From Terriglobia bacterium (GTDB taxonomy: Bacteria; Acidobacteriota; Terriglobia; Acidiferrales; UBA7541): a stretch of DNA of 64,000 nucleotides. Below the pieces are notes generated by a model. The model made no database searches, was not told the DNA's origin, and saw only the letters and a program-made list of their open reading frames with translations. Shown here one piece after another: positions 27,314 through 37,515 of this stretch; the stretch's first letter is position 1, and every line of letters begins with the position of its first letter. The translations under genes were made by a program, and so were the position numbers. The DNA lies in the NCBI GenBank assembly GCA_963695545.1, contig OY968796.1:1120001-1184000 (forward strand), given 5' to 3'.

Positions 27314-27727
27314 CTAATCGCCGGTGTGAACTTCCATGGTCTGGTCGACCCACATCGAGGGATAGTGCAGAGGAATCGCCGCAGGCTGTCCCATCGGAGG
27401 CGGAGGAGGTGGCGGAGCCGTGTAAGTCGCGGTCACCGTAAATCCGGCCCCGGAAGTTGCGACCGAATAGGTATAGCCGTCGCGGCCGGAGCGCTGCATG
27501 GTGAGTGCGCCGGTTGAAGTGAGCTCGTCGAGAGAAGCGTAGCTGCCATTCTGCGCGTCGTAGGTGCGCTCGGCCTGCGCGATCGCCAACAGGTCCATCT
27601 GCACGCCTGTGAGCGAAATGTTCTGCACCACGGTAGTGCCCGGCGCCGGCGCCGCGGATTTGAGGTAGTAATAATAGATGCCCAGGGCGATCACGGCGAC
27701 GACGAGAGTTGAGATCATTGAGCGCAT
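27314..27727 (-). CDS. Small membrane-anchored, pilin-domain-like protein
   Basis: N-terminal TM, then L.AIAQAERTY..NGSYASLDEL..GYTYSV..FTVTAT. Confidence 0.6.
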   Translation of the reverse strand: MRSMISTLVVAVIALGIYYYYLKSAAPAPGTTVVQNISLTGVQMDLLAIAQAERTYDAQNGSYASLDELTSTGALTMQRSGRDGYTYSVATSGAGFTVTATYTAPPPPPPPMGQPAAIPLHYPSMWVDQTMEVHTGD

Positions 27728-28000
27728 GGCACCTTTAATTATAAGACTGTCGGAGCCAGACGCTGGTGCATCGAGCATGGCGTGTGCTCATCTTGTCGAC
27801 AGGGAGGGCCAACGCGGGAGGAGGCCGGCTGAGCGAAGCGAGGCAGCTCAGCGTACGATGGCTCATCGTTCCTAAACTAGATTCCGATATGATCGGAGTG
27901 GCCGATACGGGACAGCATTTCTTTGGGGGCGTTGACACTTGACATCAAGTCCGGTAACAAAGCGTAGGGGTTATCTCAAAAAATCCTGGGAGAAGACGTT

Positions 28001-28813
28001 ATGAACACGCGTTCGCCCTTGGGGGCGGTGGTGGTCGCAGTGTTGACATTGGCGATGGCGTTTCCGCCGTCGGGAGTGGCGCAGGCGCCGGCGGCTGATC
28101 ACGCCGGACAAATTGCGCGCGTGATTCCGTCGGTGGACATCGCGCGCGGCTCGCAGCAAATGACAGCGGAAGTGAAGACTCCGGTGGACTGGGGCGACGT
28201 GGTGAAGACGGAGCCGGACGGGCGCGCGCGCGTCGGTCTGGACGACGGTTCGGTGTTGAACGTGGGCGCGGATTCGACGATGGAGATCACCCAGCACAAT
28301 TCCGCGCAGCAGCAGACACAGATCGATCTGACTTACGGACGAGTGCGCGCGCAGGTAGTGAAATTCACGCGGCCCAATGCGAAGTTCGAGGTGCACACGG
28401 CGGTCGGAGTCGCGGGCGTCGTCGGCGGCGATGTGTACGTATTCTTTGAAAACGACATGATGAGCGTGATCGACTTCGAGGGGCTGGTTCACTTCTGCAA
28501 CACTACGGGCGCGTGCGTGGACCTGGTGGCCGGGCAGTTTTCGATGATCCGCCTCGACCATAATCCGGATGCAGCGTCGCAAGCTTCGCCCGATGAATTA
28601 GCCGAAGCTATTGCCGGTACATCGGTCGACTATGTGGGCGGAAACGGGCCGCCGCCACCGCTGCATCATATAGGTTTCGGCGAAGCGTTCGGCTTGACGA
28701 TGCTTGTGGTGATTCCGCTGGTGGTGGTATCCATCGCGCTGCACGGCAAAGCTGCGCCCGGGCCGACTAACGGGCCAACGTGCGTGCCGGTCTACCCGTT
28801 AACAGCCTGCTGA
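28001..28813 (+). CDS. FecR-domain exported protein with C-terminal TM anchor
   Basis: GDVVKT..GRARV.L.DGSVL..G.DS and FEVHT..GVAGV.G motifs. Confidence 0.8.
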   Translation: MNTRSPLGAVVVAVLTLAMAFPPSGVAQAPAADHAGQIARVIPSVDIARGSQQMTAEVKTPVDWGDVVKTEPDGRARVGLDDGSVLNVGADSTMEITQHNSAQQQTQIDLTYGRVRAQVVKFTRPNAKFEVHTAVGVAGVVGGDVYVFFENDMMSVIDFEGLVHFCNTTGACVDLVAGQFSMIRLDHNPDAASQASPDELAEAIAGTSVDYVGGNGPPPPLHHIGFGEAFGLTMLVVIPLVVVSIALHGKAAPGPTNGPTCVPVYPLTAC

Positions 28814-29022
28814 GAATTGCGCGGCTGGCCGGCAGATTGCCGCTAGGGCGCGCGACGCCAGCGACTTCCGGCGGACACGCGTAGATTTGCCGGGGATTTC
28901 GCCGCAAGGAACGGTAAGGTCCGCCCGGGCTGCTTTTTCGGGGGCGGCAGCATCCAAATGTGTTGCGGTGCGTCTATTGTGTCTGTGGGGCCGAACCGCC
29001 GGCTGACGACGAAAATATATCC

Positions 29023-30441
29023 GTGAAAAATCGATCTCTCGCTCTTCCTCTTATTGTTGTCGCGTTTTTGTTTCTTGCGTCGTCGGGCGCGCCGGCCGCT
29101 CGCGGCCAGACGCCCGCGCCTTCCCCCACGCCGGCGACCTCCGCCATGGCAGAGCCTGCGGCGCGGCCCGCGCAACTGCAGATCGTGACGCGCACGCTCG
29201 ACAACGGATTGCGCCTGGTGATGGTCGAGAATCACAACGCGCCGGTGATCAGCTTGCAGATGTGGTATCACGTGGGTTCAAAGGATGAACGGCCGGGACA
29301 CACGGGATTCGCGCATTTGTTCGAGCACCTGATGTTTCAAGGCTCCACGCACGTGGAGCCCGAGCAACACACGCGGGTGATCGAAGCGCTGGGGGGCGAA
29401 TCGGACGCGTTCACACAGGACGACGTTACGGTGTTTTACGAAACGTTTCCGAGCAACGCGCTCGCGCGCGTGATGTGGCTTGAAGCGGATCGCATGGGCG
29501 GATTGAAGATCACGGAGGAACATTTCGAGTCCGAGCGCCAAGTGGTGGAAGAAGAGCGGCGTCTGCGCGTGGACAACCGGCCCTACGGCCGAGTGATCGA
29601 AGATCTTTACGCCGCGGCGTTCACCGTACATCCTTACAAACACACAACGATCGGCAGCATGGCGGATCTGGACAAGGCCACGCTGCCGGACGTTCAAGAG
29701 TTCTTCAACACCTACTATCGTCCTGACAACTGCACGATGATTCTGGTGGGCGATTTTTCCGCGGACAACGCGGTGGCCATGGCCGAGAAATATTTCGGCG
29801 GCATTCCAAAGCCGTCGACGCCGATTCCGCGCGTGACCGTGGTCGAGCCGCCGCAGACGGCGGAGCGGCGCCTCGAGAAAACCTATCCGAATTCGCCGCT
29901 TCCTGCGTTCGTCTACGGCTACAAGATGCCGGCGGAATATTCGCCCGATTCGTACGCGCTCGATCTGGTTTCCAATCTTTTGGCGAGCGGTGAGAGCAGT
30001 TGGCTCTATCGCAAACTCGTATATGAGGATCGCATCGCCGTGGAAGTGGACGGCGGCGGAAATTTCACCGAGGACCCGAACCTGTTTTTCGTGGTCGCGG
30101 TGATGAATCAGGGGCACACGAACGCCGAGGGAGAAAAAGAGACGCAAGCCGTGCTCGAGCAGATCAAGGCGGCGCCACTCGATACGCATGACCTGGAAAA
30201 AGCCAAGAACCAGCAGACCGCGGCATTCATACTTGGCCGCGAAAGCGACGAGGAAGTGGCCTCGGCGCTAGGTCCTTACGCCGTGATCGGGCGCGATCCT
30301 GGTTTGTATAACACCGATCTCGAGCGGTATTTGAGCGTGACCCCGGAAGATATCGAGCGCGTGGCGAAAGAATATTTCGTGCCGGAACGCGCGACGCTCT
30401 TGGAAGTGGAAGTGCCGAGCGCGCCGCAAACTGGGAACTGA
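29023..30441 (+). CDS. M16 family metallopeptidase, catalytic subunit, exported
   Basis: GFAHLFEHLMF (HxxEH) and ER.VV.EE motifs; signal peptide. Confidence 0.93.
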   Translation: MKNRSLALPLIVVAFLFLASSGAPAARGQTPAPSPTPATSAMAEPAARPAQLQIVTRTLDNGLRLVMVENHNAPVISLQMWYHVGSKDERPGHTGFAHLFEHLMFQGSTHVEPEQHTRVIEALGGESDAFTQDDVTVFYETFPSNALARVMWLEADRMGGLKITEEHFESERQVVEEERRLRVDNRPYGRVIEDLYAAAFTVHPYKHTTIGSMADLDKATLPDVQEFFNTYYRPDNCTMILVGDFSADNAVAMAEKYFGGIPKPSTPIPRVTVVEPPQTAERRLEKTYPNSPLPAFVYGYKMPAEYSPDSYALDLVSNLLASGESSWLYRKLVYEDRIAVEVDGGGNFTEDPNLFFVVAVMNQGHTNAEGEKETQAVLEQIKAAPLDTHDLEKAKNQQTAAFILGRESDEEVASALGPYAVIGRDPGLYNTDLERYLSVTPEDIERVAKEYFVPERATLLEVEVPSAPQTGN

Positions 30442-30454
30442 GGAGATTCTGGGA

Positions 30455-32101
30455 TTGAGATTGATTTTGTATCGCAGACTCGGCGTGTGTATGGCGCTTG
30501 CGGGCGTGATCGCGTTGGGCGCTGTGCGAATCGCGGCACAACAAAGCACCGCGGGACAACAGAGCGCCGCAGGACAGGCGCCCGCCGCGCCCGCGCCAAC
30601 AGCGCAATTGGTGCCGGATATGCCGCCACTCGCGCCGCCGCACGCGTTTGTATTTCCCAAGGTCGCCACAAAAACATTTGAGAACGGCTTGCGCGTGTTC
30701 GTGGCTTCGGATCCAGATCCCGATCATGCGCAACCCTCGGTGAGCATCGAATTGCTGTTGCCCGACGCGGGCACGGCCTCCGATCCCACCGGCAAGCCTG
30801 GAGTTGCGGATATGACGGCCAGCTTGCTGACGGAAGGTACGGAGAAGCGCTCTGCGCAGGACATCGCCAGCGCCATCGATTTCGTGGGTGGGACGCTCGA
30901 AGCCGACGCTTCCGAAGACTGCACGACGGTGGAAGCGAGCGTGGTGAAGAAAGATTTCGACGAGGCGATGGACTTGTTGTCAGACGTAACGCTGCACGCG
31001 AGCTTCGCCGCGCCCGAACTCGAGCGGCGCAGGGAGCAGGCGCTCTCCGATCTCTCGATGTCTTATGACGACACCGAATATCTGGCCTCGACGACGTTTC
31101 GCCGCGTGGTATTCGGCGGAAATCCCTATGGAATGCCGGGCGAGGGCACGCCGGCGACTGTGCGCGGACTTACGCGCGACGATATTGTGGCATTCCGCGA
31201 CAAACACTACTTTCCGAAGGGCGCGCTTCTGGCGTTTGCGGGCGACATAACGCCGGAAGAAGCGTTCGCGGCGACGGAAAAATATCTAGGATCGTGGACG
31301 AACCCGACCGCGGCCGCAGCGGCTCCTGCGGCGACGTCCGCTGATTCGGGAAGCGGCGCGGCTCGCCCGAAGGGTTTGCGGGTTTTTCTGGTGGACAAGC
31401 CCGACGCGGTGCAGACACAGATTCGCATTGGGCGGCCCGGAATCGCGCGCGGCAATCCGGACTATCTTGCGTTGCAGGTAACCAATCAAATTTTTGGAGG
31501 CTCTTACAACGCGCGGCTGAACACGGCGGTGCGCCTGAAAAAGGGACTGACGTACGACGCTTCCTCGGCCTTCCCGAGCTACCGGACGGCCGGGGATTTT
31601 CAAGTGACCACGTTTACGCGGACCGACGAAACTGTTCCGGCGACACAGTTGGTGTTGGACGAACTGCGCAAAATGTCGTCGGGCGAGGTGACGCCGGACG
31701 AACTGGGCGTGGCCCGGGATTTTCTGGCCGGCGTTTTCCCGCTGCATGCGGAAACACCTTCGGACGTGGCCGACCGCGTACTGGGCGCGGCGTTCTACGG
31801 ATTGCCGGCGGATTATCTGGACACGTATCAGGAGCGCATTCGCGCGGTGACGGCCGACGATGTGAAAAGGATGGCGCAAAAATATCTCGACCCGCAGGAC
31901 CTGGATGTGGTTTTTGTAGGCAACGTAGCGGGGTTCCGCGACGCCATCGCGAAGATGTTGCCAGGCGCGAGCATCGTCGAGATTCCGGCCGAAGACGTGG
32001 ATTTTCTTTCGCCGAGTTTACGCCGCCCGCCAGCGCAATCATCCGCAACGCCGGCGGGAGCAGCGGGCGCGATCGCTCCAGCGAGCGCGCCGCACAATTG
32101 A
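30455..32101 (+). CDS. M16 family peptidase, non-catalytic partner, exported
   Basis: M16 fold without HxxEH; RL...VR.KKGLTY motif; signal peptide. Confidence 0.9.
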   Translation: MRLILYRRLGVCMALAGVIALGAVRIAAQQSTAGQQSAAGQAPAAPAPTAQLVPDMPPLAPPHAFVFPKVATKTFENGLRVFVASDPDPDHAQPSVSIELLLPDAGTASDPTGKPGVADMTASLLTEGTEKRSAQDIASAIDFVGGTLEADASEDCTTVEASVVKKDFDEAMDLLSDVTLHASFAAPELERRREQALSDLSMSYDDTEYLASTTFRRVVFGGNPYGMPGEGTPATVRGLTRDDIVAFRDKHYFPKGALLAFAGDITPEEAFAATEKYLGSWTNPTAAAAAPAATSADSGSGAARPKGLRVFLVDKPDAVQTQIRIGRPGIARGNPDYLALQVTNQIFGGSYNARLNTAVRLKKGLTYDASSAFPSYRTAGDFQVTTFTRTDETVPATQLVLDELRKMSSGEVTPDELGVARDFLAGVFPLHAETPSDVADRVLGAAFYGLPADYLDTYQERIRAVTADDVKRMAQKYLDPQDLDVVFVGNVAGFRDAIAKMLPGASIVEIPAEDVDFLSPSLRRPPAQSSATPAGAAGAIAPASAPHN

Positions 32102-32239
32102 ATGAGTTCGCGCGCGAGCCCAACGCATCCGGATTGCAACCGCGGAACAGACAAATTTGAGATTGACGAGCGAGCCGCATACACTGGTTATCTGAACTGT
32201 TATGACATCTCGCAAAACCTGGTCAGTTGAGGGAGTCCC

Positions 32240-34021
32240 TTGTTGAAACTTTGCCTGAAGACAATTTCATCCGCACTTCTCTATTCGCTATGCGCATTGC
32301 TACTTTCGCCGGGTGTAGCGCTTGCCGGCGGAACGGCCCCGAATCGCAGCGCCAAATTGCAAGGCGCCGCCACGCCGCAGGCCGCACCGGCGCCGGCCAT
32401 TGCGGCGATGAGCGAAGAGCTCGCTCGGGAAATGCCCATTTTGAGCCAGGCCGATCCGCCAGCGTATTTCATCCGCTACACACTGACCTCGAGCGACCGG
32501 ATGGAAGTTTCGGGATCGAACGGGGCGCTGCTTTCAAGCGATCACAATCTTTCCCGGTGGCTTGAAGCGCAAGTGCGCGTAGGGAGCTACACGCTGGACA
32601 ACACGCATCAGGTGGGCAACGCGCCGCCAGCGGAGCCCGCGAGCTACGGAAGATCGGCGCCTGTGGAGAACGATCCCGCGGTGCTGAAGCGCGAGGTGTG
32701 GGCCGAGACGCAGAAGCAATACCGCTCCGCCGCCGAATCGTTCATCAAGATCGAGACCAGCAAGGAAGTGCAAGCCCAGGCGGCCGAAGGCGCGGCGCCG
32801 GATTTTTCGCACGAAGATGCGCACGTTTCTTACGGGCCGGAGGTTGCGCTGCAATTCGACCGCACGCCGTGGGAAGCCAAAGTGCGGCTGTACACCAAGA
32901 CGTTTCGAGAATCGCCGCAGATTTTGAATTCGATCGCGACGTTTACGGCCGATGCTGAAAACGAATACCAAGTTTCAAGCGAAGGCAGCCGGTTGCAGTT
33001 CGGAAATATCCGTTATCGTCTGGAGTTGTTCATTCAAGGAAAGGCGCCGGACGGGATGGACATCGATCGCTACTACAATTTCGATTGGACCGATCCTGCC
33101 GAGGCGCCGAGCGACGCGACAGTGCTGGCCGAGTGCGCGGCGCTGCGCAAGGAGCTGGAAGCGCTGGTGGTGGCGCCACTGGTGGAACCGTTTGAAGGGC
33201 CCGCGCTTCTTACCGGACGAGCCGCCGCGGTTTATTTCCACGAAGTGTTCGGCCATCGCGACGAAGGGTTTCGCCAAAAGGATGTAAACGAAGGCCAAAC
33301 GTTCGCGAAAATGGTCGGCCAGCCTCTGCTGCCGGATTTCATTTCCATCTACGACGACCCCACGACGCATCGAATCGGCTCGACCGTGCTGTTGGGAGAT
33401 TATCCGTTCGACGACGAAGGAGTTCCTTCCGAACGAGTGACGCTGGTGGATCACGGCGTGCTGAAGAACTTCGAGATGTCGCGCCAGCCGATATTGGGTT
33501 TTCTGCACTCGAACGGACACGGACGGCGGCAGATCGGCTATCAGCCGGTTTCGCGGCAAGGCAACCTGATCGTGGAGAGCAGCCACGCGGTGTCGAACGT
33601 GGAATTGCGCCGGATGTTTATCGACGAGATTCGCAAGCAAGGCAAACCCTTCGGTCTTTTGATCGACGACATCGAGGGCGGATTCACGATGACGGGGCGC
33701 GGCCAACCACAGGCATTTCAGGTGACGCCGCTGGTGGTTTACAAAGTGTTCGCGGACGGCCGGCCGGACGAGATGGTGCGCGGCGTGGACATCGTGGGAA
33801 CGCCGCTGACTTCGCTCACGAAAATCAAGGCCACCGGCGACACGCCGGAGGTCTTCAACGGATATTGCGGCGCGGAATCGGGCTCGATTCCGGTGGCCGC
33901 GGTATCGCCGGCGATCCTGATCTCCGAATTGGAAGTGCAAAAGAAAGAAACGGCCACGGACCGCCCGCCGATTTTGCCTCCGCCGGCGCACGACCCGGAA
34001 GCAAAGGGAGGCCAGCGATGA
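32240..34021 (+). CDS. TldD-family metalloprotease, exported
   Basis: FHEVFGH, DDEGV, SNGHGR and NGYCGAESG motifs; signal peptide. Confidence 0.88.
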   Translation: MLKLCLKTISSALLYSLCALLLSPGVALAGGTAPNRSAKLQGAATPQAAPAPAIAAMSEELAREMPILSQADPPAYFIRYTLTSSDRMEVSGSNGALLSSDHNLSRWLEAQVRVGSYTLDNTHQVGNAPPAEPASYGRSAPVENDPAVLKREVWAETQKQYRSAAESFIKIETSKEVQAQAAEGAAPDFSHEDAHVSYGPEVALQFDRTPWEAKVRLYTKTFRESPQILNSIATFTADAENEYQVSSEGSRLQFGNIRYRLELFIQGKAPDGMDIDRYYNFDWTDPAEAPSDATVLAECAALRKELEALVVAPLVEPFEGPALLTGRAAAVYFHEVFGHRDEGFRQKDVNEGQTFAKMVGQPLLPDFISIYDDPTTHRIGSTVLLGDYPFDDEGVPSERVTLVDHGVLKNFEMSRQPILGFLHSNGHGRRQIGYQPVSRQGNLIVESSHAVSNVELRRMFIDEIRKQGKPFGLLIDDIEGGFTMTGRGQPQAFQVTPLVVYKVFADGRPDEMVRGVDIVGTPLTSLTKIKATGDTPEVFNGYCGAESGSIPVAAVSPAILISELEVQKKETATDRPPILPPPAHDPEAKGGQR

Positions 34022-35916
34022 GAGGCTCGATGCGTTCGATCCAAGTAACGGCGGCGGTTTGCGCGCTGTTTTTTCTGGGCGCTTCCGGAAGGACGCTGCG
34101 CGCGGCGCCGGTGCATAAGGCGGTTCCAGCGCGAAAGACCGCGGCACCGGCGGCGCAGAAGCCAGCGCCGCCAGATCTGGTTGACCACACGCTCGATTCC
34201 ATGCGCGATGAGATGGCGCGCTCGCGCGCGCGCCTGGCCATTTCGATCTCCGATGGAACACCGCCGGTCAAGCCCTACTACATCGAATACCGCTTGCTCG
34301 ATGTGGACGAGCGAACGATTACGGCGGAGTTTGGCGCATTAATTTCTTCCACTTCGACACGCAATCGCTTGATGAGCGTGGACGTGCGCGTGGGGAATTA
34401 TCAGGTGGACAGCTCGAACTTCATCGGCAGCGAAGGATTCAGCGGCTTCCTGGGGTCGACCGGCGAAGTGGGCATCGATCACGATTACGATTCGCTGCGC
34501 GAAGATTTGTGGCTGGCCACCGATCAGGCTTACAAAGAGGCGCTCGAGGATCTTTCCAAGAAGCAGGCGTTTTTGAATCGTCTGGCGAACGCGCCGACCA
34601 TCGCGGATTTTTCGCAGGAGCCCACGACCAACGACGTGGAGCCGCTCGAGCAGCCGGATTGGACCACGCGCGACTGGGAAGCGGAGGCTAAGAGCGCGTC
34701 CGCGGCGCTGCGCGCGTTCCCACAGATTTACGGCTCACGCGTAACCTACCGGCTGATCTTCACCACGACGTACTTGATGACCAGCGAAGGAACCGTGATG
34801 CGCACAAACCGATCGCTTGCGGCGATTGAGGCGAGCATGACGGGCGAAGCCGACGACGGCACGGGCGTGCACAACTTCTACGCCACCTACGCCAACACCG
34901 CCGGCGAATTGCCGACGGCGGACGCGGTGCACGACGCGCTGCTGAAGGCTGCGCAGCAACTTGTCGCGCTGCGCGATGCGCCCCCGATGCCGGATTACGA
35001 AGGGCCGATCCTTTTCGATGACACAGCTTCGGGTTCGCTGCTGGCGCAGGTACTCGGGCCATCGCTTTCCGGGGCGCGCGGGCCGGTTTCGATGGTGCCC
35101 GCGTACGACGAAATGATGGAGCGGCTGGGCGGCATAGGCGATTGGACTGGAAGGCCTGGATCGCGCGTGCTGCCGGCGAGCGTGACTCTGGTGGACGACC
35201 CGACCGCGAAACAGTGGAACGGACAGGATCTGATCGGCGCGTACGACGTGGACGAAGAGGGTGTGAAGGCCCAAAAGGTCACGGTGGTGGACGACGGGAT
35301 TCTGCGGCAACTATTGATGTCGCGGCGGCCTGGTCCGGATTTCGATCACTCGAACGGGCACGGGCGGTCTACATTTCTGGGCGATCCGCGGCCGATGCTG
35401 AGCAATTTATTTTTCTCCTCGAGCGACGGGACGCCGGCGGCGGAGCTGAAGCAGAAATTTCTGGATGCCTGCAAACAGGATGGGCAGAGCTGGTGCCTCG
35501 AAGTGCGGCGAATGGACAATCCGGTGCTGGCGATTGGCGAGCAGGACGATATGTCAGACCTGATCGCACTTGCGGCGTCGGGCGCAGCCACGGGCGACCG
35601 GATGCCGTTGCTGGTGTATCGCGTGTACGTCTCCGATGGACACGAAGAGTTGATGCGTGGCGCGCGACTGACGGGACTAACGATCAAAGCGCTGCGAAAT
35701 CTCGAGGGAATCGGGAGCGACCCGGCGCTGTTTTCGTTTGCGCAGAACCAGATCGAAGGGTTCAGCGGCACGGCGCTGGCGGCGTTTGGCAGCGCCGATG
35801 GCGGCGTGCCCAGCGCGGTGATCGCGCCTTCGCTGCTCTTCGACGACGTGGAAGTGCACGGGCCGCGCGGCGAGCCCGAACGCATGCCATTGGTGCCTCC
35901 ACCGCCGATCGACTGA
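34018..35916 (+). CDS. TldE/PmbA-like partner subunit, exported
   Basis: DEEGV, SNGHGR and APSLLF motifs; lacks HExxxH; ATGA overlap with the tldD-like gene. Confidence 0.82.
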   Translation: MRGSMRSIQVTAAVCALFFLGASGRTLRAAPVHKAVPARKTAAPAAQKPAPPDLVDHTLDSMRDEMARSRARLAISISDGTPPVKPYYIEYRLLDVDERTITAEFGALISSTSTRNRLMSVDVRVGNYQVDSSNFIGSEGFSGFLGSTGEVGIDHDYDSLREDLWLATDQAYKEALEDLSKKQAFLNRLANAPTIADFSQEPTTNDVEPLEQPDWTTRDWEAEAKSASAALRAFPQIYGSRVTYRLIFTTTYLMTSEGTVMRTNRSLAAIEASMTGEADDGTGVHNFYATYANTAGELPTADAVHDALLKAAQQLVALRDAPPMPDYEGPILFDDTASGSLLAQVLGPSLSGARGPVSMVPAYDEMMERLGGIGDWTGRPGSRVLPASVTLVDDPTAKQWNGQDLIGAYDVDEEGVKAQKVTVVDDGILRQLLMSRRPGPDFDHSNGHGRSTFLGDPRPMLSNLFFSSSDGTPAAELKQKFLDACKQDGQSWCLEVRRMDNPVLAIGEQDDMSDLIALAASGAATGDRMPLLVYRVYVSDGHEELMRGARLTGLTIKALRNLEGIGSDPALFSFAQNQIEGFSGTALAAFGSADGGVPSAVIAPSLLFDDVEVHGPRGEPERMPLVPPPPID

Positions 35917-36051
35917 GCGCTTCGCCCGCCAGGAGCGGGCGAGTGTTCGCGATCGATCTTCGGGAAGCTGCTGCGCCCGTCCCTCCGCCCATGGCGGTGC
36001 CGACGGGCGCAGCCATTTCAACCGATTCTTCCGAGCGTATAATCAACGCGC

Positions 36052-37515
36052 ATGAGCAGCGCCGACGAATTTTTCGACAATTTACGGCGGCAGACGGTAG
36101 TGGGGCATTCCGCCAAGCAGAAGGCGGCGCTGGGCTCGGTGGGCTCGGCGTTGGTGCTGGTGTCGATCAAGATTGTGCTGTCGGTGATGACGCACAGTTT
36201 GGGAGTTCTCTCCGAAGCGCTGCACTCGTGCCTTGATCTGATCGCCGCGATTCTCACCTATCTATCCGTGCGCGTCTCGGATCTGCCGGCCGATTCGAGC
36301 CATCTTTACGGGCACGGCAAAGTCGAAAATTTTTCGGCGTTCGTCGAAACTGGCTTGCTGCTGCTGACAGCCGTGTACGTGATCTACGAAGCGTTTCGCC
36401 GCCTGTTCTTCCAGCACGTGGAAATCGAGCCGAGCCTTCTGGCGATCGCGGGGCTTGGGGTGGCCGTGGTGGTGGACGTGCTGCGCTCGCGCATGCTGAC
36501 GCGCGTTGCGAAGCTATATCGAAGCGACGCACTTGAAGCCGACGCGCTGCATTTTTCAACCGACGTGTGGAGCACGCTCGTGGTGATGCTGGGGATGTCG
36601 GCGGTATGGCTGGGGCGTTATACGGGAATTAGCTGGCTGCGCTACGCGGACCCCATCGCGGCGCTGGCCGTGGCGGCGGTGATCATCTGGGTGGGATCGC
36701 AGCTGGGGCGGCGCACGCTCGACGCGCTGCTCGATGCCGCGCCGGCGGGACTGCAGGAGCGACTGGCGGCGGAAATTGATCGGATCGACGGCGTGCTGGG
36801 AACCGAGCGCGTGCGCGTGCGGCGCTCGGGCAACCGCCACTTCGTGGACGTGACCATTGGCGTGCCGCGCACGGCCACGTTCGAGCACGTGCATGAAATA
36901 AGCGATTCGGTGGAGCGGCGCGTGGCGGAAATTATTCCCGCCGACGTGATGGTGCACATGGAACCGCGCGCGGCGCGCAACGAACATTTGTTCGACGCCA
37001 TCCGCGACATCGCCGACCGCCGCAGCTTGCCGATCCACGAACTTTCCGCTCACCAGCTCGATGGGCGGCTGCTGATCGAATTGCATCTGGAGGTCGATGA
37101 GGAATCCACGCTGCGCGAAGCGCATCGGCACGCGAGCGAGCTCGAAGAAGAAATCAGCAACCTGCCCGCCGCTTCCCAAAGCGGCCCGGCGCAGGTGATC
37201 GTGCACATCGAGCCGCTGGGCACGCACATCCCCGCCGCGGATTCGAGCATGGGCGAAATGAAGGAACTGGCGCGCGCGATCGAAGCGTACATCAACACGC
37301 TCATCGGCGAATACCACGAGTTGGTGGACTGCCACGAGGTGCACGCGCGCCGCGTAGAGAACAAAATTCTGGTGGCGTGCCACTGCGCCATGGATGGCAA
37401 CCTTCCGATCACCGAGATTCACGACGCCACGGCGGCGCTTGAAGACCGCGTGAAAGAAAAATTTCCGCAAATTTTTCGCGTGAGCATTCACCCCGAGCCG
37501 GTTGAAGAACGTTGA
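36052..37515 (+). CDS. Cation diffusion facilitator with three C-terminal dimerisation domains
   Basis: SEALHSCLD, H.YGHGK.E and ADALHF.TD motifs; three repeats ending VHMEP/VHIEP/IHPEP. Confidence 0.92.
   Translation: MSSADEFFDNLRRQTVVGHSAKQKAALGSVGSALVLVSIKIVLSVMTHSLGVLSEALHSCLDLIAAILTYLSVRVSDLPADSSHLYGHGKVENFSAFVETGLLLLTAVYVIYEAFRRLFFQHVEIEPSLLAIAGLGVAVVVDVLRSRMLTRVAKLYRSDALEADALHFSTDVWSTLVVMLGMSAVWLGRYTGISWLRYADPIAALAVAAVIIWVGSQLGRRTLDALLDAAPAGLQERLAAEIDRIDGVLGTERVRVRRSGNRHFVDVTIGVPRTATFEHVHEISDSVERRVAEIIPADVMVHMEPRAARNEHLFDAIRDIADRRSLPIHELSAHQLDGRLLIELHLEVDEESTLREAHRHASELEEEISNLPAASQSGPAQVIVHIEPLGTHIPAADSSMGEMKELARAIEAYINTLIGEYHELVDCHEVHARRVENKILVACHCAMDGNLPITEIHDATAALEDRVKEKFPQIFRVSIHPEPVEER

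Noticed and set aside
27826..27853. GCTGAGC..GCTCAGC hairpin as a REP element or ncRNA
   Set aside because: There is a single short copy and no other support in the window.
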